Source of the DNA: Nemertoderma westbladi
Taxonomy: Eukaryota; Animalia; Xenacoelomorpha
DNA length: 59,989 nucleotides
Assembly: GCA_032718475.1 (NCBI GenBank)
Contig: JAUCBJ010000755.1
Coordinates: 1-59,989, forward strand
Direction of reading: 5' to 3'
Shown: one piece after another, positions 23,401-35,278 of the stretch
Position numbering within the stretch: the first letter of the stretch is position 1
Layout: each line of letters begins with the position of its first letter
Position numbers and translations under genes: made by a program
Notes under the pieces: generated by a model
Told to the model about the DNA's origin: nothing
Database searches by the model: none
What the model saw: only the letters and a program-made list of their open reading frames with translations

Positions 23401-26400
23401 GTCGATGGACCCGCTCCCACGGTCAGCTATATCAAACGTGTTCACGAGTTCAGCGTTGTTCGAAGCAAATTTTGTGAGGTGAAAGCCTCCTCCTGCCAGG
23501 CACTGTTGCAACTGGTGTGCGACTTTGATCGCTTGTGTGGCAGTATCGCAACTTTTCAAACCATCATCTACATAGAAGTCTCGCTCTACAGTCCGGATAA
23601 CCTCCTCGTCGTAACTGTTTCGCTGGGATTGGGCGGTTCGTTTGAGAGCAAACATCGTACAGTTCGGGCTGTCCCGTGCTCCGAATATGCGTACAAGCAT
23701 TTGGTAGGTGGCTGGTGGTTGTTGTAGGTTGCCGTCTGGGTACCACAAGAACCGTAGGCTATCACAATCCCGCTCAAGTGCCCTCACCTGGTGGAACATC
23801 GCTTCCACATCACAGGTAAAAGCAACGTTCTTCTGTCTGAAGCGCATGATCACACCGATCAAATAGTTATTCATATTGGGTCCATCCAGCAGTTGTGAGT
23901 TGAGTGACATACCCTGATATATGGCGGCGCAGTCATTGACGACGCGCACTCTCCCTGGTTTGTCTGGATGGACGACATAGTGGTGCGGAAGGTAGTACGT
24001 CTGATCGCTGGTGATCTCAGGGTGTTCCATACGGATCGCGTATCCTTTCTGTAGGTATTTGTCAATTTGCGCGCAATATTGCTCGTAGATTGTATCATCA
24101 CGGAGCAGGCGTAGTCGTATGGCCTTTAATCGTCTCAAAGCCAGCGGATAATTATTTATGAGCCTCGGCTGTGGGTTCCGCCACAGCATACCCACCTCAT
24201 AATGTCTGTCGGTTAGTTGGCGAATTGTGCTATCCATGATCTTCAGAGATCGCTTTTCTTCTTCGGACATTGCGACATCGTAACTCCCAGGTTCAGCAGC
24301 ATCTTGTTCCAACCACCTAATCATCGTTTGGGTTAGCTCCCGGTCAAGCTCTACTTGCTCGAGTTGTAAGTTGGTATCCTCCCCAGGAATATCCAATGTC
24401 CGTAAAGCAGGTTCTACAATATGCTTAGGAATTTCTGTTACATAACAGTGTGTTACCTCTACCTGTGGAGTTTGTGGGTGGTCTAGTATTGTCGCCATTC
24501 TTGGTGCCTTACTGGATTCGACTGGTACCTGAATGAATTTATGCATAATGGGTGTATCTAGTGTAGGGTACGTTTGTGGGTCAGGTGTCATACAGCTGGA
24601 AATTAAACTATTTGTTAAGAAACTAAAGGTACTACAGGTGTCGTCGCCCTGCGTGGTCGCGTTTGAGTCTCTCAAAGGTGTTCGTGTGTACCAACCTATT
24701 GGTGTCCGACAAGCATAAGGATTTCCAGCTACTATGACTGCTGGACGTGTTTCCCAAACCTGATGAAGGTTAAACTGATCGGTCCCAATTAGCATTGCCA
24801 CGGGCTTATAATTGACTGGGCATTCTGGAACACCTAGATGTCTGAAATAGTCACGATCTTCCTGACATTGTTCCGGTACCGGACCGAGTAGCTTGGAAAA
24901 GTCCTTGGTTGCGGCGAATGTTAGATCCCTAACTGGAAGTAACTTTCTTTCTGGCGTGCTGTGTAGCTCCTTGGGTAACAGTGTGTCCAATGACAGTTTG
25001 ACACGTGTAACTGGCATTGCCTGTTTACCGTGTATGCTACTTACTGTATATTTTGCTTTCTTACCTTGACTTAGATCAGTCACTACTTCTGCTATGCGCT
25101 CATCTACATAACTGTGTGAAGAAGCAGTATCGAGAATGGCGTATATACGCTTACTAGCCTTACTTCCGGTTACCTTAACTGGAATTATGCTAAAACCCTT
25201 CAATTGTTCTGGGGTCAATAATGTGGTTGAGGTAAGATCTACACCTTTTAGTGCATCAACAAAGTCATCCTCTCTCTGTTCTTCTTCGTCTGAAGATCCA
25301 GATTGTTCAGGGTAGTCCTCACAGTTGGGGGAAATGAAGGTACGAACAGTGTCAACACTGCGTGACTTGTTGGCGGTTATGCACTGCGCAGCCTTCTCAG
25401 AATGCTCCATGGAGAACTTCTTGGTTGGTGTGTGACTGTCCGTGTGGAGCAACGCGTCATGGTTGCGTCCACACATGGGGCAGGTCTTATCGCTAGGGCA
25501 GTTCTTCCTTTCATGTCCATGCATTGTGCAGCGCCAGCAGGCATCCAGTGGGCGAATCTCCATACGTCTTTCAGCAGATACGAGATTTCGGAATAACTTA
25601 CACTGTCGGAGGGTGTGCCCTCCAGATTTCACTCCCTTTATCTCACAATACTGGCAGCCCTTAAAATTACTAGGTAGTTTTTGCCTTAATTGTTTTGGTC
25701 CAATGGGTGCGGCTACCTTTGTGGTGCTGGCATAGGTCACTGTCTTATATGTCGGTTTGGGTCGAAGAGTTGGCGTTGAGGTACTGTCTGAGGTCAAGTA
25801 CTGGTCAGAGTAGTTTGATCGAGTATCAGCCAGGGCTTCTCTGGAGATCAGGCGATGAACATCGTCTAACCTTAAGTAACCTCCATCCTCTTCTCGGTCA
25901 TATTCCAAGAGGCGCCACTTGCGCCGTAACCTACCGTCTAGTCTACTAATGATCTTCTGAAGCACTGTCGGTGCGTTGCCATGTTCCAACTGTCCGATAG
26001 ATCTTAACGTAGAAATAGCATTCTTTATCTCATCCGCAAGTCGCAAGAGTTCTACTGCCTTTGTAATAGTGCCGCCACGACATAAGTCATCAATAACTGA
26101 TCTGGCCATACTTACAGTGCCACCGTATACTGAAAATAGTCTATCATAAGCGAGTTCGAATGCGTGGGGTACACCATTGAAGGTTTCTGCCAGACGTTTT
26201 GGTTCACCCTGTAACATCTGGAGGAAATAGTTAAACTTCTCAGTCGAAGAAAAGTTGCACGTGGCAATCTGAGTGTCAACAAAATCGATAAAGGTTCGCC
26301 AATGTTTTGCGTTTCCAGCAAATCGTGGTGGTTGTTGAGTTGGTAATCCTTGCCGTGCGGCGAACTTTGCAATTTCTTCGGCGACATCTGGTTTACTGAC

Positions 26401-28641
26401 TGTCATACCAGAGATAGCATGTAATCGCTCCTGGCCACACCGTGTGCTTTCACGTGGGTTAAAGCGGATGGCAGTTTCTGTCGGTGGGTCTACTATTGGT
26501 AGGCTAGGGTATTGCCGCGATTCTGATTGTGCTGGTGCAGACTCAGCGTAGGAACGTGAACGTTCTGAGTGTGATCTGTCCAACCTCTCTTCTATCTGTG
26601 ATAGTCGATTGCTCATTGGTCCCAGTACCTCTGTCATCATTGGTTTCATTGCTTCAGTTAATTGTTTCGCTGTGAATGTCTCGACTTTCGGTTGGATGGG
26701 AGTCTCCATTGGACAGAAAGTATATGGATTCTGTGTTCGCTCATGCTCATTTTTGCAGTTGCCGGCCGCTCCATTGCGAAATATTTCCGGTTGTTGGATT
26801 TCCGAGTGACTAGATGACTCACTTCCTTCAAAGTACGGAACACTCCTGGTTCCATAAGTCGTTCCACAAATTGTCTGGACTGCAGGGTCATGATAAAAAG
26901 GCCGTAGGTTCTGCCTTGAGGTTGTCAATCGCGACATATGTTGTTTTGGTTGGTGAGGTGTAGGATCTAATCTTTGTGGAACAGGATTGGATGGTTTCCA
27001 ACAACGCACAAACTTTTGACCTATGGGTTCTACTTCTAACTGGATAGGTGAACTACAATTGTTGGGGGTCTGATTTATAGATGACGATCTGCGGCTGTTC
27101 TGTGGTGGACCACTTACAATTCTCTTTGGTGAAGAGGATGCTTGCGGATCTCCAATCACTACCGGTTGAACTAACCTGCATTCTGGAATGCTGCGGATCG
27201 GTGTCACTTCATTAAAATTCGGTTTTGACCTCATTATACTTACTTGGGTTGTGGGTCTAGTTGAAGGATACTGTCGGTATAATTCCTCCTGTAAGTCCTT
27301 CCTCCGGTCTAGTGCTCCGACACTGCCGGCTATCACTCGCCGATCGTTTTTATCAAACTCCGATTGAAATCTATCTAAAACTAAAACTTTATGTCTTACC
27401 TTAGATTCTAGAGACTGGTCTCTCGCTTCCAGGTCCAATTTCTGTTGTTCCATAGCCAAATCATATGCTCGTTGTCTTAGCTCAAACTTAGCCCTTTCTT
27501 CCTTGGCTCGCCTTTCAGATTCATCTTTGCAGGCTAACATCTTGGCTTCCTCTATCACTAGTTTGGTCTTTATCCGACGCTCCTCAGCTTCTGTTCTCCG
27601 TCGCTCTGCCTCTGCTGCCAGTGTTGCCGCCAATTCGGCCTCCACCTTTCGCATCTGTGCTTCTTCCAGGTCGGCTTGTGCTTTCAGCTGAGCCAACTTT
27701 GTGGCGTTATCAAAGTGCATCTGTTCTGCTTCGAACTCAGCTTGCCGAGCGCGGTATTCTTCCTGCTTATCGACCTCCCTTTGGAGCCTCCTTATCTCTT
27801 GTTGTTGATGCAAAATCTCTGAGGATGTCTTACCATTTAAGGAGGTATCTACCAACTCGCTGCGAGTGCTAACGAGTGATTTCGTTAACAGAGCTCGTTC
27901 ATGGATGTATGCATTTGGGAGTTGATCCGTTAAGGCCACTGCTTGATAGAGTTCGACGGGTTGGACGCCACACTCTATAAGGTAGTCTTCTAGCGACTCC
28001 AGTCGTGCTGCAGCCATACCGAGTTCTTCTTCTTCTCCAGGTTGTAAGGACTCATCTGTGACAGACTCACCTAATAATTGGTTGGCACTTTCTTCCCGGA
28101 TTATACTTACTGTTTTTCTAAACTCAATGAGTTGTCTTCGCGCACTCACTAGCTTATCTATGATGCTTACCTGTAATTTTAAATCCCCCAATTCATCAGC
28201 TTGAATTTTCAACCGTTTTAAGTTATTGATTGATGGATATACTTTACCTTCTATTCCTATCTGGAAGCGGCACAACTCGCTCTTACTCATGGGGTAGGTT
28301 AACTCACGCACAATGCGGAGTCCTTCATTTATGGCTCGGGTTATTTGTGCCATGTGTCCTCCTAAACATCGATTTAGATGGAGATGACTACTGCCGGAGC
28401 TCACTACTTTTGTACTCGTTTTGGACCCTCTGGTCGTCATAGATGGCGGTAATAGAAAGTCCCTAGGTCTTTCAGAAGTCCTCGTCGTCCTGTCTGATGT
28501 CATAGAAACAGGCTGGCTTGGTGACGCCAGTGGGGTCCTTTGAGTAGACTGAAAGGCCCTCTGTCTAGATTCTTCCGCGTCACAAGAACTGTATTCAGTG
28601 GGGGGACCTGTCGTATTGTTTGGGTTGCTGCTCATTGTCAA
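20497..28641 (-). CDS. BEL/Pao LTR retrotransposon Gag-Pol polyprotein, uninterrupted, 2714 aa
   Basis: Gag PPRFAGNAKHWRTF, three zinc knuckles, protease LDTAS, RT YLPHH and YVDD, RNase H FSDAS, integrase HHCC plus GIDCFGP/SDCGTNF/WERLI; order PR-RT-RH-IN. Confidence 0.97.
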   Translation of the reverse strand: MTMSSNPNNTTGPPTEYSSCDAEESRQRAFQSTQRTPLASPSQPVSMTSDRTTRTSERPRDFLLPPSMTTRGSKTSTKVVSSGSSHLHLNRCLGGHMAQITRAINEGLRIVRELTYPMSKSELCRFQIGIEGKVYPSINNLKRLKIQADELGDLKLQVSIIDKLVSARRQLIEFRKTVSIIREESANQLLGESVTDESLQPGEEEELGMAAARLESLEDYLIECGVQPVELYQAVALTDQLPNAYIHERALLTKSLVSTRSELVDTSLNGKTSSEILHQQQEIRRLQREVDKQEEYRARQAEFEAEQMHFDNATKLAQLKAQADLEEAQMRKVEAELAATLAAEAERRRTEAEERRIKTKLVIEEAKMLACKDESERRAKEERAKFELRQRAYDLAMEQQKLDLEARDQSLESKVRHKVLVLDRFQSEFDKNDRRVIAGSVGALDRRKDLQEELYRQYPSTRPTTQVSIMRSKPNFNEVTPIRSIPECRLVQPVVIGDPQASSSPKRIVSGPPQNSRRSSSINQTPNNCSSPIQLEVEPIGQKFVRCWKPSNPVPQRLDPTPHQPKQHMSRLTTSRQNLRPFYHDPAVQTICGTTYGTRSVPYFEGSESSSHSEIQQPEIFRNGAAGNCKNEHERTQNPYTFCPMETPIQPKVETFTAKQLTEAMKPMMTEVLGPMSNRLSQIEERLDRSHSERSRSYAESAPAQSESRQYPSLPIVDPPTETAIRFNPRESTRCGQERLHAISGMTVSKPDVAEEIAKFAARQGLPTQQPPRFAGNAKHWRTFIDFVDTQIATCNFSSTEKFNYFLQMLQGEPKRLAETFNGVPHAFELAYDRLFSVYGGTVSMARSVIDDLCRGGTITKAVELLRLADEIKNAISTLRSIGQLEHGNAPTVLQKIISRLDGRLRRKWRLLEYDREEDGGYLRLDDVHRLISREALADTRSNYSDQYLTSDSTSTPTLRPKPTYKTVTYASTTKVAAPIGPKQLRQKLPSNFKGCQYCEIKGVKSGGHTLRQCKLFRNLVSAERRMEIRPLDACWRCTMHGHERKNCPSDKTCPMCGRNHDALLHTDSHTPTKKFSMEHSEKAAQCITANKSRSVDTVRTFISPNCEDYPEQSGSSDEEEQREDDFVDALKGVDLTSTTLLTPEQLKGFSIIPVKVTGSKASKRIYAILDTASSHSYVDERIAEVVTDLSQGKKAKYTVSSIHGKQAMPVTRVKLSLDTLLPKELHSTPERKLLPVRDLTFAATKDFSKLLGPVPEQCQEDRDYFRHLGVPECPVNYKPVAMLIGTDQFNLHQVWETRPAVIVAGNPYACRTPIGWYTRTPLRDSNATTQGDDTCSTFSFLTNSLISSCMTPDPQTYPTLDTPIMHKFIQVPVESSKAPRMATILDHPQTPQVEVTHCYVTEIPKHIVEPALRTLDIPGEDTNLQLEQVELDRELTQTMIRWLEQDAAEPGSYDVAMSEEEKRSLKIMDSTIRQLTDRHYEVGMLWRNPQPRLINNYPLALRRLKAIRLRLLRDDTIYEQYCAQIDKYLQKGYAIRMEHPEITSDQTYYLPHHYVVHPDKPGRVRVVNDCAAIYQGMSLNSQLLDGPNMNNYLIGVIMRFRQKNVAFTCDVEAMFHQVRALERDCDSLRFLWYPDGNLQQPPATYQMLVRIFGARDSPNCTMFALKRTAQSQRNSYDEEVIRTVERDFYVDDGLKSCDTATQAIKVAHQLQQCLAGGGFHLTKFASNNAELVNTFDIADRGSGSIDLQFESMPTTKVLGLVWDPNSDNFRVCVKVNTNSGPLTKRICLSTMSRLFDPLNFISPVILQARIYLRNIWQAGLTWDEPIAMEQAKQWNEWENQLPLLTDYVIPRVYFPRQAVYPLNIELHCFSDASTNGLGVVAYLRRQVAPDVYEASLITSKAKTMPMKYMTIPRAELQAAMLAINISKLIQRELDGNLDVTYWTDATLVLLYLNSETVNFKTFVANRRAEILDHSLKEDWRHCPGDQNPGDIASRGMMPSEFCDPEVRKFWLYGPAFLTKPRDQWPPLFDAKSNSLPKDAEVKHVTQVKSKSKTTGKPKKGHTQSGSSGTLITTSHKTNDPATAVNPLERSILNTQVETCITLRSRNIPTSQPTTITTTSTANESLHVTPIYIDEFKPPLQMDSRDSVERGKLPEEEEVPVDPDGHTGRVSATCEILEGNLVQNRPLGLINSPSKPNIATQPPNDATRQLYDKLVNTTASWRDACRKTAWLRRFTQYLGGKRNFPRKLTTIETDACETNILLHYQQRYFSSEFNAISQGRPIKSSPILSWSPIIHHGLLCHKSRLQTTDLTATFRYPIIIPQQLELQRAMILDTHLQLKHAGRHHCLSQLRNRFVLIRPSKALTSVMGGCIVCRKVHSRIGVQIMSELPVARIKAYQPPFTETGIDCFGPFDTKRGRVMVKRWGLIFTCMACRAIHIERVTDLTTNAFILALRRFIARRGLVKTFHSDCGTNFVGGRNEITRALDGLDRDQISKELQPRRIEWNFNVPASPWRGGVWERLIRSVKTTMTKTLPVNRVLTDDELTTLFVEIESILNTRPIALVPDDGDNQFPLTPNHLLMQSPTSLLPTSIPDDRDLYCRKAWKVTQLLACKFWEIWQDHYLPSISARTKWYQQTRNLQQGDHVLLAEANLKRRFWMTGVIQKAHPSPDGVIRTVTVRTIDNRKVDRPVQRLVLLEEARHRTGDYKSPRSPPQAS

Positions 28642-28715
28642 TAAATGTATGTGGGTAGGTGATAGTGGTCTGTAGCTAACTGCTACACTTACCTTTTCCT
28701 ATTGTAGTATAATGT

Positions 28716-29180
28716 ATACCCAAATAATACCGGTATTTAAAATAAAACAGCTGCCGTAGCAACTTACAAAGTACCGTATATAATTAGCTTCTAAATTGCT
28801 AATTTTATAATAATAATATGTATATGGGGTAACGCTATGCGCTACCAAAAATATTATAAATAAAATATATATAATAAATTATATATAGGTATTTACTATA
28901 TATATATATATAAATATATATATATGATAAATGGACAGAATGCGCGGTGGAAACCGCGGTTTGGCGAATACCCAAATATTACCGGTATTTAAAATAAAAC
29001 AGCTGCCGTAGCAACTTACAAAGTACCGTATATAATTAGCTACTAAATTGCTAATTTTATAATAATAATATGTATATGGGGTAACGCTATGCGCTACCAA
29101 AAATATTATTAATAAAATATATATAATAATTATATATAGGTATATACTATATATATATATATATGATAAATGGACAGAAT
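28716..29180. repeat. About 250 bp tandem duplication in the BEL 5' leader
   Basis: atacccaaata(a/t)taccggtatttaaaataaaacagctgcc...ggacagaatg occurs twice. Confidence 0.85.
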
Positions 29181-30994
29181 GGATACAGGATGAAGAGAGC
29201 AAAATACATAAGAAATCAGAGACAGCGGAACCAATATTTTTCTGCCAAAATGCAAATTTTCCTAAAAATATTTTAGCTGTAAATACCCTCCCCCAGTCTC
29301 ACAAATACACAGATACCGACAATACAACTAACCCCGAGAGATGAAACAGATCCACATCGCGTGCGAATGGGAGACTCAACGTCGATGCCCTTTTTGTCAC
29401 CAACCGTGAGCTCGTTTGTCCACCAAACTTGCGAATCAGCCCAGATCTCAGCGTCAGCAGAAAAGTCGTCCTGTGAACCTGTAGTAATGTGAATGGAGAA
29501 TAAATCCTGCTGCCCAAAAAGTATTTACAAAAACCCAAATTTATTAGTACCGGTACAGTTGGACTGTAGCCTTAAATGTACCTTTTTCAGTACTACGGCC
29601 AACCCTAATGTAACCTGCTGTAACCTTAGCAAAAAAAAATGAAACTTTTCCTCAAATAATTTCTGCGTATGTGCAGTCAAATTTTGCGTCAGCAACGAAG
29701 AACCAGTAAGATATTACTGATAAAAGCGCACAGTCTACTAGCGTCTCAAGTAGATATGCACTCGGCCCGTTGAGGGGGAAATCTAAAGTACTTTACAGAC
29801 CAGTTGTTCTAGAACACAAAAATACCCGCGATAGCGCAACCAAACTGGAATCTAATTTGGCTACCGGGGTTGAATGGTCTGACATTTCCACCGCGGGGTC
29901 GCGGTTGGGGTTTTGTCCCACCAGGTAAAGAACTATCTATCTCCACCAGGCAGCGAATAGGGTTTCGTTTTGTCGCCAAACACACGTTCTACCAAACGTG
30001 TTATTCTATAATTTTTAACCAAAAAATCCGCAGGTACACAGACAACATCTGAGGAAAGTTTGTTTTTCAGTATCAAATTGAAACAATGTGATATAAAAGC
30101 TAATAGAAAAAAAAAATATATGGATCTAAATTTGTGCTATTTTGTAAAATACTGTCATTTATGCGGTCAATGGGTCTGGTCAAAAAATAAATTAGTTCCA
30201 GGATACAAGGAAAACCTGGTAACATTTGTGTGTGTGTGTGTGTCGAAACTTACCCTCCAATCCCACCTAAAGGATACAGGCGACTGCGTACGATTTATGG
30301 GGTTTTGGTCTACGCCCGACAGCACCTGCTAGACTACTGGTAGGAAAGAGAGGATGTTAGTGTACTACTGTAATAAATGAAATAGCCAGTCTAGCTGCGT
30401 TTTATGTTCTGGAAAATCGTATTTCCCACAAAAGTGCTAAAACTTGGCATATTATTTCAAAGCGAGTGGGTCTGAAAAGAATGTTAGTAATTCCCAAATT
30501 AGACCAGGATGATAGTGCTTAACGCTTAAGTACAGTAGTAGGAAACAACCACACTCGGTAGACAAAAAGTGCTAAAGTCTACCAACTGTAATGGGATTGC
30601 GGCACTCAGGCACTACGATACACCAAAATGTCAGGGTCAGCACAACCTGCTGGCCGGATGACCGCTAGACCTACTGGCCGACTGGCGTAATATCTTAGCA
30701 CCGAAACCCGGATTTGGTAGAATCTAGCAATAAATGTCTAGGCCTATATCATGTAGGCCTACTGTATTTAATTTTGTCGGCTTAATTTTGCGTCGCTATA
30801 AGACGCCTTATCTCAAAAACTGACAGAAGTTGGCGTCGAAACACTGTCTTACTTCTTGTCTAGCTAGCCGACCTCCCGAATGTGGCGGTTTCCGAAGTGT
30901 GGTTGGAGGTTTTGGGAGAACTGATTTCCGCTGGGTTTTATGGCATTTTGCTGGCTTCCCCTTCTCCTAGTCTGTCCGGGCCGACCTAATACGC

Positions 30995-31485
30995 CATGGG
31001 CATATTAACAGAAAACAACAACTTCAATCTGTCCATCAATGTATATTTACATTTACCGTATGTGTTAGGCTTGTTAGCCGCTAATTCAGTGATTACAGAA
31101 TTACAACAAAGGAATGAATAAGTTGCATGTCCAATCAGAGTTTCAAGTTCAGTATACAGTTTATAATAAATCAAGGATTAATAAGTAGATAAGTGTATGT
31201 TACGGCCGGTACTGCACTTTTGCGTTTTTTATATAGATTGGCCTCAACCGGAAGTTCCGACATTTTTAGTTATGACGCGGACATCTGCCATAAAGGTAAT
31301 GCAATCAGTAGTAAAGCAATAGCTGATTGGCTTCCTGCCTTAGCAACTGCCTATCGCTTATTGGACGATTGTATCAGCATAAATTAGCATAAATTTGTGA
31401 GGGATGTTTGAATTTACATACTGTACAGTGTAATCTAAAGATCTTTTTTAAAAAATGTGGGCCCGTCAATAATATAATTTTATAC
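30995..31485 (-). repeat. Direct repeat copy 2; candidate 5' LTR remnant
   Basis: Matches 18105-18608; right side abuts the 19 bp satellite. Confidence 0.6.
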
Positions 31486-31830
31486 AGAGATAGTTAGGTA
31501 AACCAGAGATAGTAAGGGAAACCAGAGATAGTAAGGGAAACCAGAGATAGTAAGGGAAACCAGAGATAGTAAGGGAAACCAGAGATAGTAAGGGAAACCA
31601 GAGATAGTAAGGGAAACCAGACATAGTAAGGGAAACCAGAGATAGTAAGGGAAACCAGAGATAGTAAGGGAAACCAGAGATAGTAAGGGAAACCAGAGAT
31701 ACTGTAGTAAGGGACAACAGAGATAGAAATGGAAACCAGAGATAGTAAGGGAAACCAGAGATAGTAAGGGAAACCAGAGATACTGTAGTAAGGGACAACA
31801 GAGATAGAAATGGAAACCAGAGATTAGTAA
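31486..31830. repeat. 19 bp minisatellite (ccagagatagtaagggaaa)n
   Basis: Direct reading, about 17 units. Confidence 0.95.
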
Positions 31831-33277
31831 CATCACTTAACGCTGAAATTGGAAATTATACATGTGTAAAAGTTATACTAAAACGCCCACAAGATGGCGT
31901 TATAACCGTAATTCTTATGAGAAACAATGCTATTGGATTCAGTCCTACTCTACCCTACCCTTGCCTTGGCCTTTGCGATCCCGTTCCTGATTATTTTATT
32001 CCTGTACAAAAGTACGTTTACAATACAATTGTTCCAGTAATTATGATAACTAATAAAGTGGGCCGATTTTGAATACAATACTTTACGTATCTATGACGAT
32101 GAGATGTGTGTTAAGTGTGGAAACTAAAATTTTAGCTAAATTTTAGGATATGTGAAGCAGGAACCTTTTGATGAACAGGATTGGAAGCAGGAACCTTTAC
32201 AGGAACTTTGATTGTTGGTTCTGTTGAGTTTAAATCTCCCACTTCATGGATAAATATTCCGGTACGCAACGGTTTGTTTCAGTACTGCTAAGCAGCCACT
32301 AAATCTTTTTTTAGTTAAATATTTTTTTAATTATATTCTGGGAATTTAATATTAATAAATGAATAACAATTTTGCTATTATATTAATATTATCATTTCTT
32401 TTTATGTAACGAAATTCAGTTGAAATTTTAATTGATTAGTTAACTATTAGTGAAACTGTGTTTTTCGATTTAGTTTAACTATTTAGTTAACTAGTCACCC
32501 ATAAAATAGTTGAACATTACTCGCTATTATTATATTGTTCCTACGGATGAAAACTAAATGCATAGGCCTAAGGCTCACTATTGGTAGGAACATATATGAG
32601 GAACAAATATTTTGATTAAAAGAAGTAAAAAGTCTAACAGCAAAAGCGACCGCAAGGGCCTCGCCTCGCGTTCATATTTGATAATAAACTCGTTTGAAAA
32701 GCTTAGCAGTTGTGTCTGTCCTCTCGTAACTACAGTAACTACAGTAACTACAGTACTGTCAGTTCATGTATCAAAGTGTTATTACGTCTTCTCTGCTTTA
32801 TATTGAATTAGTTGGTTCTTTATTGAGCCACTTTCCGTATTTATTGGTCTCAACTAGTATCCGATGCAACAACGAGATTATAACATGTGATCTGATTTAA
32901 CTGATAGTTTGTGTAATTATAATAAACCGGAACCGAAAGTAGGATCTGGGGAAAATAAATCGAATGAAATTAGCCTGGGGAAAAATAAAGTTAATGTAAC
33001 TTTCCGAGTGAGAAGAATAAGCATTACTAGTAATTACTACTAAAAGTATATAGTGCATTACTAATAATGTGAGTTTGGTCTGGTCAGCAGTATAACACAT
33101 CCGCAGGGTAGAACTGGCGACATTGGTTCTACTAATCGTGTCACCATTCGGATAGGCGAGAGCTCAGGTATTCAGATTGTATCTCTTGGGTTCGTAGTTA
33201 GATTAGTTTCACATTGTTTACCCGGACGGCGTCCGATTCATGCCATAGGAGAAACCTGCACAAGTTGGCGACAGCGG

Positions 33278-34975
33278 ACACATATTCTGGAATGGGCGGC
33301 TGATCTGTTGGGTGGTTGACACATATTTTGGGATTGGGGGCTGATCTGTTGGGTGGTTGACGGTCGGATAATGGGCGGCTGATCTGTTGGGTGGTTGACG
33401 GTCGGATAATGGGCGGCTGATCTGTTGGGTGGTTGATGGTCGGACAATGGGAGGCTGATCTGTTGGGTGGTTGACGGTCGGACAATGGGCGGCTGATCTG
33501 TCAGGTGGTTGACGGTCGGACAATGGGAGGCTGATCTGTTGGGTGGTTGATGGTCGGATAATTGGCGGCTGTTCTGTTGGGTGGTTGACACTTATTCTGG
33601 TATGGGCGGCTGATCTGTTGGGTGGTTGATGGTCGGACAATGGGCGGCTGATATGTTGGGTGGTTGACGGTCGGGCAATGGGCGGCTGATCTGTTGGGTG
33701 GTTGACGGTCGGACAATGGGCGGCTGATCTTTTGGGTGGTTGACGGTCGGACAATGGGCGGCTGATCTGTTGGGTGGTTGATGGTCGGACAATGGGCGGC
33801 TGATATGTTGGGTGGTTGACGGTCGGACAATGGGCGGCTGATCTGTTGGGTGGTTGACGGTCGGACAATGGGCGACTGATCTGTTGGGTGGTTGACGGTC
33901 GGACAATGGGCGGCTGATCTGTTGGGTGGTTGACGGTCGGACAATGGGCGGCTGATCTGTTGGGTGGTTGACGGTCGGACAATGGGCGACTGATCTGTTG
34001 GGTGGTTGACGGTCGGACAATGGGCGGCTGATCTGTTGGGTGGTTGACGGTCGGACAAGCGGCGGCTGATCTGTTGGATGGTTGATGGTCGGACAATGAG
34101 CGGCTGATCTGTTGGGTGGTTGATGGTCGGACAATGGGCGGCTGATCTGTCAGGTGGTTGACGGTCGGACAATGGGAGGCTGATCTGTTGGGTGGTTGAT
34201 GGTCGGACAATGGGAGGCTGATCTGTTGGGTGGTTGACGGTCGGACAATGGGCGGCTGATCTGTTGGGTGGTTGACGGTCGGACAATGGGCGGCTGATCT
34301 TTTGGGTGGTTGACGGTCGGACAATGGGCGGCTGATCTGTTGGGTGGTTGATGGTCGGACAATGGGCGGCTGATATGTTGGGTGGTTGACGGTCGGACAA
34401 TGGGCGGCTGATCTGTTGGGTGGTTGACGGTCGGACAATGGGCGACTGATCTGTTGGGTGGTTGACGGTCGGACAATGGGCGGCTGATCTGTTGGGTGGT
34501 TGACGGTCGGACAAGCGGCGGCTAATCTATTGGATGGTTGATGGTCGGACAATGAGCGGCTGATCTGTTGGGTGGTTGATGGTCGGACAATGGGCGGCTG
34601 ATCTGTTGGGTGGTTGACACATATTCTGGGATTGGCGGCTGTTCTGTTGGGTGGTTGACGGTCGGACAATGGGCGACTGATCTGTTGGGTGGTTGACGGT
34701 CGGACAATGGGCGGCTGAACTGTTGGGTGGTTGACGGTCGGATAATGGGCGACTGATCTGTTGGGTGGTTGACGGTCGGACAATGGGCGGCTGATCTGTT
34801 GGGTAGTTGACGGTCGGACAATGGGCGGCTGATCTTTTGGGTGGTTGACGGTCGGACAATGGGCGGCTGATCTTTTGGGTGGTTGACGGTCGGACAATGG
34901 GCGGCTGATCTGTTGGGTGGTTGACGGTCGGACAATGGGCGGCTGATCTGTTGGGTGGTTGACGGTCGGACAATG
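33278..34975. repeat. 38 bp satellite (gggcggctgatctgttgggtggttgacggtcggacaat)n
   Basis: Direct reading, about 44 units. Confidence 0.97.
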
Positions 34976-35278
34976 TAGTCTTAGTAAATTATATATATTG
35001 GGTGGCAGGTAGTTTATTTGTTGTTCCTATCGTTGAAGGATTCTTGTAAAATATTTGTAATATGATTGAAAAGATGTCAATAAATTACATTTCTGTCTAA
35101 ATTAAAACACCTGAGCCACAGTGACTGTAAGGATACTTCGAGTTACTCCGGGGTATAGGCTCGGTCCATATGTTATCCATGTAAAGATAGGCTCGGTCCA
35201 TATGTTATTCCTGTAAAGAAAATAATTGATATAATTGAACGCAAACCACAATAAAATAAAATATTGACCAAATAATTG

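Noticed and set aside
20594-28442. Short ORFs overlapping the BEL polyprotein
   Set aside because: Antisense or alternate-frame shadows with no recognisable motifs
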